Numbered from the stretch's first letter, positions 39,268 to 49,444 are shown. The stretch is DNA of 64,000 bases from an uncultured Gammaproteobacteria bacterium (GCA_964594455.1 CAZQLY010000004.1:61972-125971), one strand, 5' to 3'. The notes: generated from the letters alone by a model not told the origin. Made by a program: numbers and translations.

Positions 39268-39600
39268 TTAGAAATAATATTCTAAGACTACTATTAATAT
39301 AGATAAAGAGTTCAGCACTATCGTGGCAATGCTTAAATTGCGGTATCGCTTGGACAATCTTCGTCTAATAATTACAGCAACTATGGCCGGGATCATCAAC
39401 ACCGCTGAAACCCAGAAATAACCGACAAACGCTATAATATACTCACCGGTTTCGATAGACAAATTCATGGTCATCAACAGAGAAAAATATGGGATCAGGC
39501 TTAAAATAAAGGCTGGGTAAACAAGCAAAGTATGGGCTACTTTTTCCTTTGGTTTATTGCTGTCCTTGGGTTTGAGCCGATAAGTTACATCTTTCAACAT
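39268..39600 (-). CDS. membrane protein
   Basis: Three TM segments. Confidence 0.6.
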   Translation of the reverse strand: MLKDVTYRLKPKDSNKPKEKVAHTLLVYPAFILSLIPYFSLLMTMNLSIETGEYIIAFVGYFWVSAVLMIPAIVAVIIRRRLSKRYRNLSIATIVLNSLSILIVVLEYYF

Positions 39601-39610
39601 AAAACGTCTC

Positions 39611-40189
39611 TCACTTATTTAGGGTACCTTCTAATACATGGTCTGCGGGCGCTGGATCACCATCGTCCGGCTCCAGAGTCAAAACGTAGAAATCATGATC
39701 GGTTAGATCCTGAGTCGAACTGTAAGTGTTTGTATAAACTCCGTCTTTCTTTTCCACCACGCCCGTACTGATAACATCCAGGGGAGAATTTCTGACAATC
39801 CAGCCTTCGTAGAAGTCAGATCCTTCGGGATCATCTAAATCTTCAAAAGTGGCTAATAGCATATACTGACCCGCATCATATGTGGCCTGAGCAATACCGC
39901 TACTAATACCGCCAGTGACATCAAACAAAGTTCCAACGTATTCATAGACCATCTCGCCAGCTTGCTCTTCCATAGCTTCAGTCATTTCTACAGCATTATT
40001 ATCTTCGGTAGCCTCAACGTTTGTTATGTTTAGATTGGTGTTAGTGTTCAAACTCACCCCTTCATCGGTTTCGTCATCACGAGCAGCTGGCAATATGACA
40101 AAAAATATCAAGGCTACAACTAGAAACGGCAACACTACAACTATCACCGTATTAGTTATATTGTTCTTGGGTCCGTTTTGTTGGTCCAT
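39611..40189 (-). CDS. membrane-anchored RskA-C-terminal-like domain protein
   Basis: L.DP...DFYEGW; VLTLEP.DGDPAP..HVLEG. Confidence 0.65.
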   Translation of the reverse strand: MDQQNGPKNNITNTVIVVVLPFLVVALIFFVILPAARDDETDEGVSLNTNTNLNITNVEATEDNNAVEMTEAMEEQAGEMVYEYVGTLFDVTGGISSGIAQATYDAGQYMLLATFEDLDDPEGSDFYEGWIVRNSPLDVISTGVVEKKDGVYTNTYSSTQDLTDHDFYVLTLEPDDGDPAPADHVLEGTLNK

Positions 40190-40206
40190 GGGTTTAAAAT
40201 AATTGC

Positions 40207-40701
40207 TTAGTTAAATTTAAATCCAATCAAAAATCTGACAGTCCGGATCACGATCGCAATAGCTGTGCCAATTATTCCGATCCAGAGTACTATTTGCAAA
40301 ACTATATCCAGCCAATCCCAGCCTGGCCAGACTGAGAAATCAAATGGAAAAACCGACAGCGTTACCCACATGCCCCAGATATTCAGGCCGTCAATCAGGG
40401 TCTTGCCAGTAAAAAAGATTGGCCGGATGTGCAGGATTATCAAAACCACCCAAGCAATTATTGTGGCCGTAGCCGTTATATTAACCACTCGCAAAACTTG
40501 GTCCCAATTATCAGTCAAAATCGGAAAACCCCACTTCACTAGATTGTTGGCTATGAAAAGCCAGATGGCGGAACCAATGATCCCGCCAAAAGCATCAGAA
40601 TATTTGAATCCCTTTTTCTTTTTCTTATTGGGTTTTTCTTCGGCCGATTTTACCTCGGGTGTTGATTCTTCCATAACTGCTTCTAAATTGCTATTTAACA
40701 A
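40207..40701 (-). CDS. 4-TM membrane protein
   Basis: Hydropathy; VFPFDFS motif. Confidence 0.65.
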   Translation of the reverse strand: MLNSNLEAVMEESTPEVKSAEEKPNKKKKKGFKYSDAFGGIIGSAIWLFIANNLVKWGFPILTDNWDQVLRVVNITATATIIAWVVLIILHIRPIFFTGKTLIDGLNIWGMWVTLSVFPFDFSVWPGWDWLDIVLQIVLWIGIIGTAIAIVIRTVRFLIGFKFN

Positions 40702-40833
40702 AACTAAAAATTATATATAAATTATACCATTATTTATCTGGTTTCAGAAATAAGCTGGTCACAAACCAGGTAGAATGTATCAGCTAGACAAAAATCAAAA
40801 TGCTAGCTTTTTGCTTCAAATAATGGTGATTTT

Positions 40834-42729
40834 CTAATAGGCAAACGCACCGACCGCCACGTCAACCCCGCCGCGGAAACTTTCATCATAGGCAAAGAAG
40901 TGGTCAATGAATTCTCCTGCGCCATCAAAAACTCTGACGTGCGGCCCGCCGCCCTCTTCCACGCCGGTAATTATCTCATCCACTCCGTCACCATCGACAT
41001 CACCTGAGACAACCTTGATACCGCCGGAAAAAGTTTCAGCGTATGGCATGAAAGAATTAGTTTCCACGCCATAACGAGTGAATACTTTAATCTCCGGTGG
41101 CGTCTTGCCCGGACCGGAAGCAGTGATTATCTCATCTCTGCCATCACCGTTAATGTCTCCGGCCGCTACCTTGATGCCGGTTCTTTCGGTTTCTGATCCG
41201 ACGAAGAATCCGGGTGTAAATATCATCTCGCCCGTACCAGTGAAGGTTCGGACATGGGTACCGGCTCCATTGCCTGTACCGCAAATTATCTCATCTGTTC
41301 CATCACCATCCAGATCGCCAGTAGCCACTCTAATACCTGTTCTGAGATTAGACGCATACGCAAAGAATCCTGCGGTTACGTCAGGTTCACCCGTAACTCC
41401 GTCAAAAACCCTGACATGAGGCCCGAATCCTTCTGGAACGCCAGTGACTATTTCACCCTTGCCGTCACCGTCTACATCACCGCAAGCTACATAAACTCCG
41501 CCCTGAATGTTGTCAGCATAGGCCTTGAATTCGGTTACATCATGTCCCTCTCGATCAAACACTTTTACCCATGGTTCTTGGCCAGGGCCAGTGGCTGTAA
41601 TTATTTCGTCTATGCCATCACCGTCTACATCACAAGCTGAAACATGAGCTCCACCTCTAAAATTTTGATCAAAGGCGAAAAAGCCACCAAGTTGCATATA
41701 GGGAGGTGCTGTTGAAACAGCCTCACCATGATAATTAAATAATCTAATTTGAGGACCACCACCTAATCCCGGTGAGGTAATAATATTATGTACAGGTGAA
41801 TAAACTGCAGCAAAATAAGAAGCATGATCTACGGTAAAAGTACATAAAGAATAATTATTAGGATCATCTTCCAGGGGTCCAACCCACCATCCGTTTGCTA
41901 CGCAAGTTGTTTCATTGGCCCAGGAATCTTCGCCTTCTTCCAGCGACTGGATCAAAAGCCTCTGGCCGCGATAGGCCCAATCAATGGTCAGGGTCACTGT
42001 AACATTTTTACTAAAATCAAGATTTAAGCCAGGAATACCGATCCGCATAGTATAAATCGGTTCATCATTCAAGCCTCTGCTAGTTAGTTCCTCAATATCA
42101 AATTCTTGGTTTACCATCTTATAAAAAGCAAAGCTGCCGCCGTCTTGTCTGGTAACTTTAGTTCCTTCTGGAAAAGTAACCGAGGTCGTATCAGAAACTA
42201 ATGTCCAATCAGCCTCAACCAAAACAGAGGATTCTTCAGTGGTGTTTCTGATGGTTAAATCCTCGGCTCCAGGAAACATGGTGTTTAAACTAGTAGAATC
42301 ATAGCCAGCGCAGTTACCGATATTGTCATAAATAGCTAAAGTTTCAACAATCCAGATTCCGGTTTTGGACCATCTGGGCATGGTAAAAGTAGCTTGATAA
42401 GTACCATCTAAAGAATTACCAGATACCCGCGTAAAATCATAACCGCCGATTGATTGCGTACCTATTAAAGGAGTTAAAGCCATATATATACCCGATCCTC
42501 CGTCGCAACCCTCGTCTTCCGGCGAACAGACTCCAGTCAAGTCATCAGTTACTTTCACAGTGACAGTAATCTCCTGATCTTCGTCGGCTGTATTGACCCT
42601 AATCGGAGTGATGTTGAAATCGGTCAATACTGGCGGATCAGCGTCTTCCAGAGCCGAGGTTGTTGCAGGATAAGTTAATAATAACAAACCAAAAAGGAGC
42701 ATTGATAAATACATTCTTTTCGTCATCAT
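40834..42729 (-). CDS. secreted FG-GAP-repeat surface protein
   Basis: Signal peptide; repeated GD.DGDG.DEIIT..G.G.GPHVRVF. Confidence 0.88.
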   Translation of the reverse strand: MMTKRMYLSMLLFGLLLLTYPATTSALEDADPPVLTDFNITPIRVNTADEDQEITVTVKVTDDLTGVCSPEDEGCDGGSGIYMALTPLIGTQSIGGYDFTRVSGNSLDGTYQATFTMPRWSKTGIWIVETLAIYDNIGNCAGYDSTSLNTMFPGAEDLTIRNTTEESSVLVEADWTLVSDTTSVTFPEGTKVTRQDGGSFAFYKMVNQEFDIEELTSRGLNDEPIYTMRIGIPGLNLDFSKNVTVTLTIDWAYRGQRLLIQSLEEGEDSWANETTCVANGWWVGPLEDDPNNYSLCTFTVDHASYFAAVYSPVHNIITSPGLGGGPQIRLFNYHGEAVSTAPPYMQLGGFFAFDQNFRGGAHVSACDVDGDGIDEIITATGPGQEPWVKVFDREGHDVTEFKAYADNIQGGVYVACGDVDGDGKGEIVTGVPEGFGPHVRVFDGVTGEPDVTAGFFAYASNLRTGIRVATGDLDGDGTDEIICGTGNGAGTHVRTFTGTGEMIFTPGFFVGSETERTGIKVAAGDINGDGRDEIITASGPGKTPPEIKVFTRYGVETNSFMPYAETFSGGIKVVSGDVDGDGVDEIITGVEEGGGPHVRVFDGAGEFIDHFFAYDESFRGGVDVAVGAFAY

Positions 42730-42811
42730 TTTCTATTAATTTTTAGGTAATTTAATTATACCAGATTACAAAGAATCATCCCAGCCGCCTCTCTAACTAG
42801 TATACTGTTTA

Positions 42812-43843
42812 TTAACGCGGTTTGACGGCACGCTTAATCATATGAGCCACATTTTGGTTCATATTTTTTGGTATTAATTTGGTTGTCGGTTTCTTTTCCT
42901 GAAATATGCGAAAAATTTCATCGGCAAAAGCTTGGCCCACAGTCTTAACATTTTTGAAATCAAAAATTATACTGCTAAATTTTTCCAATCCAGCTGTCAC
43001 CCGACGTGCTTGAGAACGCGATAAGTAATCTGAATTCATATCATGCAGACGGATTGATACCTTTGTCTTGGAAAAACTATAAGCTGAATCGCCATATTCT
43101 TGAAACACCTTATCTAACGAGCGTTTCGATCTCTCACTGATTAAAAACGAGACTCTGGTGCCGGAAGTTCTTTTGACATCCCGGATAAAAAAATCATCAA
43201 TTTCATTATTTACTACTAGCTTCTTCCGTCCGCTCTGCAGAGTATATAAATCGCCGACTTTTGAAGTAAAAAATATTCCCTCGCCGCTGTGGTTTTTTGG
43301 CGCGGTAGTCTGCTTTCCCTTCAGGATAAAATCAACCGCTGCCAGCTCAGAATCCAATTTGTGCTGACGCATGATGTTGTTAAAAACACCAATACCCTTA
43401 TCGTTTATCTCGAATCGCACATTACCGGCCATCCTGAAGATGCTAAGATTTATCTCTCTGGACCGGGAGTGTTCTATGGCATTATTAAGCATTTCAGTAA
43501 AAGCATAATCCAAAATCGCAGATACATTTTCAGTCAAACCGATATATATCCCGGTCGAGCGCTTAATCTCTTCCAAGACTAAATCTTCATCCAGTCCTCG
43601 GTTAATCAGTCTTTTACGAATGCTCGTTATTTTCTTCCGAGCGCTTAAAACAGCCTGGGGCTTAGCCAGGACATAACGAATTTTATTAGTCCGCCCCACC
43701 GGCACTATCTCGCCCCGATCAACCAGTTCCCGGAAAAACTTATTGACATAGACTCTGGAAAAACCCGATTTATGCACCATCTCAGAGGGCCGCAGACTGC
43801 CACGTTTTTTAATTATTTCTAGTATTTCTTTACTTAAATCCAT
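42812..43843 (-). CDS. HTH + HATPase + STAS-like DUF4325 protein
   Basis: TEMLNNAIEHS, D.G.G, HSGEGIFF, SRSQARR, DF..V...GQAFADEIFR. Confidence 0.88.
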   Translation of the reverse strand: MDLSKEILEIIKKRGSLRPSEMVHKSGFSRVYVNKFFRELVDRGEIVPVGRTNKIRYVLAKPQAVLSARKKITSIRKRLINRGLDEDLVLEEIKRSTGIYIGLTENVSAILDYAFTEMLNNAIEHSRSREINLSIFRMAGNVRFEINDKGIGVFNNIMRQHKLDSELAAVDFILKGKQTTAPKNHSGEGIFFTSKVGDLYTLQSGRKKLVVNNEIDDFFIRDVKRTSGTRVSFLISERSKRSLDKVFQEYGDSAYSFSKTKVSIRLHDMNSDYLSRSQARRVTAGLEKFSSIIFDFKNVKTVGQAFADEIFRIFQEKKPTTKLIPKNMNQNVAHMIKRAVKPR

Positions 43844-44032
43844 ATATTTAGTTTACAAGTGTATTTTATCATATAATAAAAAACTTGTAAACTAATTATT
43901 AATTAATCAACCAATATACTTATCAACTGAAAATCACAGCCACACCCCCCAGCCAATCCAGAATCTTGTCCAGCTGGTTTTGGAAATAGTTGTAGCTTTC
44001 AAACCGATGCTGGGGCTTAGACAAAAACTATT

Positions 44033-44437
44033 TTAGCTTATATCTATAATATAAGTGCTGATAAATTTCTTTGCGGCGGCAATGGTTTCGTCTTTCAACT
44101 TTGGGTTGCTTTCCGTTACCCACTTGGTAAAGTTATACAGCTCATGAGTATCTACTCGCAGCCATCTATTATTCTTATACAAAAAATAAAAAAGCGTAGT
44201 CATGGCAATCCTCTTATTGCCGTTGCGAAAAGGATGATTCTTAATCATGAAATACAATAGTACAGCCGCTTTACCCTCTAGCCCTTTGTAAAGTTCTCGA
44301 CGGCTAAAGGTTTGAAACGGTGATTTAATGCAAGATTCCAGGATGCCCGGGAATCTAGTATTAAATTCTGGAATTGTTTCATTCCAGGTCATTGTCTCCC
44401 GGGCCAACCGGTGACCAACATACTCGATCTCTTCCAA
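44033..44437 (-). CDS. Fic/Doc family toxin
   Basis: KNHPFRNGNKR motif. Confidence 0.9.
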   Translation of the reverse strand: MEEIEYVGHRLARETMTWNETIPEFNTRFPGILESCIKSPFQTFSRRELYKGLEGKAAVLLYFMIKNHPFRNGNKRIAMTTLFYFLYKNNRWLRVDTHELYNFTKWVTESNPKLKDETIAAAKKFISTYIIDIS

Positions 44438-44448
44438 ACTAATGGTTT

Positions 44449-44697
44449 TTATTCTTGTCCGAGCAATTTTAACGTCTCCCCGTATTCCTTAACCGTTTTT
44501 TTTACCGCCTTTTCAATATTCTTCTTGCCTTCTTCAGTTAGCTCCAATTCCGAACTCGCTATTTCTGAAGCCGGAATAACATAATTCCTGCCAACTTTTT
44601 CCGCTTTGATAACACCGCTTTTTATTTTCTTAAATACAGCAATACGGCTAATTCCCAGCATATTAGCAGCTTCTGTTGTTGAGTAGTATTTTTTCAT
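44449..44697 (-). CDS. HTH_17 (excisionase-like) putative antitoxin
   Basis: YYSTTEAA.MLGISR.AV...IK.G.I.A.KVGR; C-terminal EYGETLKLLG; directly upstream of the Doc gene. Confidence 0.8.
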   Translation of the reverse strand: MKKYYSTTEAANMLGISRIAVFKKIKSGVIKAEKVGRNYVIPASEIASSELELTEEGKKNIEKAVKKTVKEYGETLKLLGQE

Positions 44698-44951
44698 ATA
44701 TCCTATGTTAACCTTTATATTTATATGTTAACATATGTTAACTTAACTGTCAATATCACAAAAACCGACTACAGCCACTTCCCTAGCCATTATGACATCT
44801 GTCTATATAAGTCTGTTTTTATTTTTTTAATTCTTAATTCTTAATTTTTAATTTAATTTCATTTCCCCACGCAGAGATATAGCTGACTATTTAATAGACT
44901 AGAATAAGGGCGGCTAGGATTGTGAGGAGGGTGGGCATATTTTATTTAATG

Positions 44952-45767
44952 CTAGGCATCAATTATCCCTCTAGGATTAGCAATATATTTCTTTTTATTT
45001 TCTTCTAATTTGAAACTTATTTTATAATTATTTTTATTATCCGGTTCGTATTTATAAACAAATTCATCTCTATTTAACGGATCGTATGGCATTTTATTTA
45101 TATAGGAATTATTATTAACCAAATAATCATATAAATCATTCCAATGCTTTGCATTAGGGTATTCGTTTTTATCACTATAAAATAGTTCTAAAGCTGATTG
45201 CATGGTTCTAATATCTGCCAATCTCTTTGCATCTCTCGCTTTCAACCTCGCTTTATTTAAAGATACTATTGCTATTATAGTTAACAATAATATAAAAGCA
45301 GCAAAAATTAATATCACATATAAAGTCGAGCTAATATTTTTCAAAAATGGAAACGCTCTGTACAATAAAAAAATAAAATTAAATATTATCATCCAACTTA
45401 TCAGAGAATAGAATGGCTTAAAAGGACTATATAATAATTTATAGTCATTTTTTATTGATCCAAATCTAAAAAATTCTCCAACTTGATTTTTTACATGTTC
45501 CAAATATTCATATTCGCTCATTAGTCTTTGTAACGTAATGAAGACAACAATACCAAAAAATAATAATGGTAACAACAAAAACCAGGTTATTAGAACATCG
45601 GTTCTTTCATATATTTTATAATTAATCAATGCTATTGCTACTGTGATCAAAGAAAAAACTGTCGTAAAATAAAATTTTATTAAATTTAAATAAATATCAT
45701 CAATCTTCTTCATCCGATCGGTGCTTTGTTTAAATTCTTCTAACAAATATTTTTTAAAATCATCCAT
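44952..45767 (-). CDS. multi-TM protein fused to a pilin/GspG-like C-terminal domain
   Basis: AR.KARDAKRLADIR.MQSALELFY.D...YP...P.DP segment. Confidence 0.7.
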   Translation of the reverse strand: MDDFKKYLLEEFKQSTDRMKKIDDIYLNLIKFYFTTVFSLITVAIALINYKIYERTDVLITWFLLLPLLFFGIVVFITLQRLMSEYEYLEHVKNQVGEFFRFGSIKNDYKLLYSPFKPFYSLISWMIIFNFIFLLYRAFPFLKNISSTLYVILIFAAFILLLTIIAIVSLNKARLKARDAKRLADIRTMQSALELFYSDKNEYPNAKHWNDLYDYLVNNNSYINKMPYDPLNRDEFVYKYEPDNKNNYKISFKLEENKKKYIANPRGIIDA

Positions 45768-45887
45768 ATTTTATAATCCTCTAGCCAGTTTTCTAATAAT
45801 ATTTTTACTGATTCTACTCATTAATAATGAAAGTGTGGAAAATGCGGCTTGACATTGTAAACACTATATGATATAGTCTACTCGGAT

Positions 45888-45947
45888 GACTTCCGTCTGA
45901 ACTGTGGCGTTTATCGCCGCGTTCCCGCAAGGGATAGGACGGGAGTT
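45888..45947 (+). ncRNA. DUF3800-associated structured RNA
   Basis: TTGACA-N17-TATAGT promoter (45849-45877); three-way junction; abuts the DUF3800 stop codon. Confidence 0.65.
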
Positions 45948-46580
45948 TTATTTTGGCCAAACTTGAATATTCATTTCCCTATGTGCAATCATCCTATGAT
46001 ACTTTTCATGATTCCTTTTCTTTTTTAGACAATATCTATTAATCATACCCGCAATATAATCAGCAAGTTGTAGTAAATTATTACTATTTGATCTTTGCAT
46101 TTTCACTTTTCCAATACATTTTTTACCTTCATTGTTTATTTTTCTTCTTAAATAAGTGGCTAGCTGATTTCTGAATTCTTGATTACCGCTCTTGTCAATA
46201 ACAACCGTAGCTTTCTCCAGATCATCGTGAGCATTTTGGAAAACTAGATTACATGCATATTTATAAAAAGAATGCTTGTCTTTAAAGCCGTCTCCCCATA
46301 ATTTTTTTGGATCTTTATTAATAACAATTCCGTAATAAAAAAATTCATAAGGAGACACCGCTTGTAAAAAAGCACTCCTTACTCTGTTAGAGTTCCTTTT
46401 GAAATGGAATTCTTCATTATTATCCCAACCTAATTCATGTTTTAGCAGAGCAATTCTCCGATCGCAGGCTTGGGCTTCCTCATTATCAGAAAACAACACT
46501 AAAGCAACAGTAAAATACCTGCTTGATCCTTCTTTTATTTTTAAACCGGAATCACCGGATTCATCAATAAATACCAACAT
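45948..46580 (-). CDS. DUF3800 (RNase H-like) protein
   Basis: VFIDESG..G, EFHF, S....LLQLAD.IAG. Confidence 0.92.
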   Translation of the reverse strand: MLVFIDESGDSGLKIKEGSSRYFTVALVLFSDNEEAQACDRRIALLKHELGWDNNEEFHFKRNSNRVRSAFLQAVSPYEFFYYGIVINKDPKKLWGDGFKDKHSFYKYACNLVFQNAHDDLEKATVVIDKSGNQEFRNQLATYLRRKINNEGKKCIGKVKMQRSNSNNLLQLADYIAGMINRYCLKKKRNHEKYHRMIAHREMNIQVWPK

Positions 46581-46639
46581 ATATTTTGTTCTTCACCCTA
46601 ATCCTAACAACAACCCAGATTCTTTACAATATATAATAA

Positions 46640-46831
46640 CTAAACATGCCATAACTGAAACTGCGGGTATGCTTCATTGTCTATGAAATCTAAGTGTTTA
46701 TCATCTTCCCAGACTAACTCTGTGAAGTTCGTATAATCCTCACCATAGCCACGACACATTACTTTTAATCTGATAAATGGATTAAAACGTAATATAAATT
46801 TTGCTGCTAATGGTGATAGGTTAATAGCCAT
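46640..46831 (-). CDS. small hypothetical protein MAINLSPL...
   Basis: ATG immediately after the DpnI-like stop; protein-like composition. Confidence 0.5.
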   Translation of the reverse strand: MAINLSPLAAKFILRFNPFIRLKVMCRGYGEDYTNFTELVWEDDKHLDFIDNEAYPQFQLWHV

Positions 46832-46832
46832 A

Positions 46833-47603
46833 TTAAGTGAGCTGATAATATCCGCGTTTAATAAAATCAAGATATCCTTTATCACGAAGTATTTGCAGCT
46901 GCTGACGTATTTTATCTTTAATATGTTTGTTATCAGGATGAAGATTAGATAACTCTTTTTCAAATTTATACATATCCTCAAGACAAAATTCTTGCTTGTT
47001 GAGTTTTTCTATACATCTCATGATATCAAGTAGCCAACCTTTCGCTGATATTTCTTTTTCGTCTCGTAGAAATAAAGATTTCTTCCAGCTGGCAAGCACT
47101 TTTTCTGTCGGCTCAATTTGTTTATCTCTAACAAAAAAGATTTTCCCTGTTTGTGGAATACTCTTTAAGAGTATATTACAACCCACCCAACCTGCTCGGC
47201 GCGCCGTGGACAAAAGTGGTTTTCTCTTTTCGATAATATCTGGAACAAAGAAGTGTTTTGGAATAACCAAAAAATTTACTACCTCAAAATTCGTTAGGTC
47301 ATAATTCAGCAGGAAAAAGTTTGGATTGTTACTACTCGTAAGCCGTTCAAGCATTGTATGGTAAGCACCATCTACAATCTTTGTGCCAACAGTATTGTGT
47401 TTGCTTTTTAATTCATAATCCTCTCGGCAATTTGAACAGTAAAAATCGGCAACAGGCTGGTTGTTGGGATACTTATCAATATTGTATTGCCCACAATTTG
47501 GACAGAAGGCGGAATTATCAACCCAATTTTCAGTTAACACGCGTGCTTTTTGGGAATTACTTTTATACTTATCGGCAATTGATGCGCCCAGTTTTAATCT
47601 CAT
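46833..47603 (-). CDS. DpnI-like / Dam-replacing methyl-directed restriction endonuclease
   Basis: SQKARVLTE.W, CPNCG, NQPVADF.C..C.E.YELKS, ARRAGW.GCNI, KIRQQLQ.LRD.G. Confidence 0.93.
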   Translation of the reverse strand: MRLKLGASIADKYKSNSQKARVLTENWVDNSAFCPNCGQYNIDKYPNNQPVADFYCSNCREDYELKSKHNTVGTKIVDGAYHTMLERLTSSNNPNFFLLNYDLTNFEVVNFLVIPKHFFVPDIIEKRKPLLSTARRAGWVGCNILLKSIPQTGKIFFVRDKQIEPTEKVLASWKKSLFLRDEKEISAKGWLLDIMRCIEKLNKQEFCLEDMYKFEKELSNLHPDNKHIKDKIRQQLQILRDKGYLDFIKRGYYQLT

Positions 47604-47882
47604 AAAATCTTATTATTCAACCTCACCTTTTGTCTTCCCTGCCTTCTTTTTCATATTCAAATCATACCTCCAAACCACAACAAAATCAAGTAATAATTAA
47701 CAATTAATAAATAACGAAAAAACCGCCTGGGTTGGCTGGGCTTAGAACCTTTTAACTAAAAGGTTTAGTCATTTGACGAATGATTGGTGGAGGGGTTGAC
47801 AAATCGATATCTTTACCTTATTATTACTGGTTGTTCTTTCTTGGAATTCAGGCCTGTCACATATAAACACAGGAGGGGTGTA

Positions 47883-48395
47883 ATGACAGCCAAACCGCAG
47901 TTAAAGGAATTCGAAATCCGTAACTGGGCTGGCAGTGGTTCTTGCCAATATGTGTATGCCAAGTTCGAGGATGGCTGGATAGTCTTCTCCGGATCTGGAC
48001 GAGGAACTACGTCCATCAGCAATGCCGAGAGAGTGATCCTGGCAATTGCTAAGTTGGAGCACATCAAACCGCTTGAGTGTCGCTGGTTTGACCTTCAGAC
48101 CCATCGTATGTATGGCCATCGCCGTCACTGGGGAGAACCGAGTGAATTCATGTTTAATGAACTTCAGATAGTAGAAGCTCCACCCGCTCAGGTGCCAGCT
48201 GGCGCCACTGTCATAACCAATGGAACAGGCATCAGTGTGAGCCACTGGGTCTTCGTCGAATGCCCTTCAGAAGTCATTGAACTGTTCTCGGATGTGATTG
48301 GTCCCAATCCTTACCAAAAAAAGAACCGTGATGACCACCGTCCTGGCAGTGAAGCACACCTTGACCAACTTGCCAACAATGCACCGTGCAACTAA
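47883..48395 (+). CDS. hypothetical protein
   Basis: AGGAGG RBS; TTGACA promoter at 47797. Confidence 0.55.
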   Translation: MTAKPQLKEFEIRNWAGSGSCQYVYAKFEDGWIVFSGSGRGTTSISNAERVILAIAKLEHIKPLECRWFDLQTHRMYGHRRHWGEPSEFMFNELQIVEAPPAQVPAGATVITNGTGISVSHWVFVECPSEVIELFSDVIGPNPYQKKNRDDHRPGSEAHLDQLANNAPCN

Positions 48396-48561
48396 GGTTG
48401 GTTGGGTTCAGCGATCGAAACTACCGTGATTCGGTCGCTTTTTTTTGACCAAAAACAACTCAAACGTGAAGAGTGTATATAACCTTTTAACTAAAAGGTC
48501 CAATGTAGAAGTAAAAAAAGAACCCCATTCCTGGAGTTCATGACGGGTAGGACATACTGGG

Positions 48562-48897
48562 TCAGGGCTGGGGCTCTTCGTCATAGTCGCTGGTACCCGC
48601 ATCACGCGAGTAGGGCTTGCCAGTGACCGGGCTCCTGGGCACATGCCTTTGGGTGTCACTGGCATCGATAGCTTCATGATAAAGAGGGTCCTGGTTTTCG
48701 TTGACAAACTGCTTGACCATACTCTGGCATTGCCGACAGACCTTATTGTGCGGGGTCATGGGATTGCCGCAACGCGGGCAGGACTTGACGCACTGCTGGC
48801 AGATGGGCACATTGTGGAGCACCTGAATGCTCACACTCTTACCCTCTGTTGTCTGGCAGAAAGCGCATTCCCTCTTTTTACGCACCTGTGTCTTCAT
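48562..48897 (-). CDS. zinc-ribbon protein with four CxxC pairs
   Basis: CAFC, CQQC, CPRC, CRQC; AAGGAGG RBS. Confidence 0.65.
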   Translation of the reverse strand: MKTQVRKKRECAFCQTTEGKSVSIQVLHNVPICQQCVKSCPRCGNPMTPHNKVCRQCQSMVKQFVNENQDPLYHEAIDASDTQRHVPRSPVTGKPYSRDAGTSDYDEEPQP

Positions 48898-49016
48898 ATG
48901 ACCTCCTTATGGCAAAGAACGGTTAACATGGTAAATATATGATATATAAAATCAGTATTTTGTCAATACTATAACAGTTTAGTATATCTAACCTTTTAAC
49001 CAAAAGGTTTGATCAT

Positions 49017-49301
49017 TTATTTTTCTATCTTTCTGGTATACCTACAATTGGGATAGTTACTACAGCCCAGGAATGGCCCATACTTTCCATGCTTTTTTAC
49101 CAGCTTGCCATCACAGTCCGGGCATTTCGGGAATTTCCTTGTGCTTAAAATAAATCTGGTTAGCTTCTTTTCTAATTTGATCCTGAAAAATAAAACGATC
49201 AGACTCACTATTCCAATAACTGCAATCGCTGGAATAACATACTTGGCTATCTGCCAAACTAGTGTTTCACTACCTTCAACTATGTTCGGATCTGCTGCCA
49301 T
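49017..49301 (-). CDS. TM protein with topoisomerase C4 zinc finger
   Basis: CPDC.G.LV.K.GKYG.FLGCSNYP.CRYT. Confidence 0.85.
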   Translation of the reverse strand: MAADPNIVEGSETLVWQIAKYVIPAIAVIGIVSLIVLFFRIKLEKKLTRFILSTRKFPKCPDCDGKLVKKHGKYGPFLGCSNYPNCRYTRKIEK

Positions 49302-49368
49302 GTTCTAACTTAATTATTTATTAATGCTTTAATTATACTTACCTTCTCATTACTTTTCAACACAAAAA

Positions 49369-49411
49369 AACTACAGCCCACTGGGTAGCAGGCTGTAGAA
49401 ATTATTTGGGT
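49369..49411. repeat. 43-bp hairpin-containing direct repeat, copy 1
   Basis: 37/43 identical to 53158-53200; CTACAGCC/GGCTGTAG stem. Confidence 0.75.
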
Positions 49412-49444
49412 TGTCTGGGAGTTACAACCTTTTAACTAAAAGGT

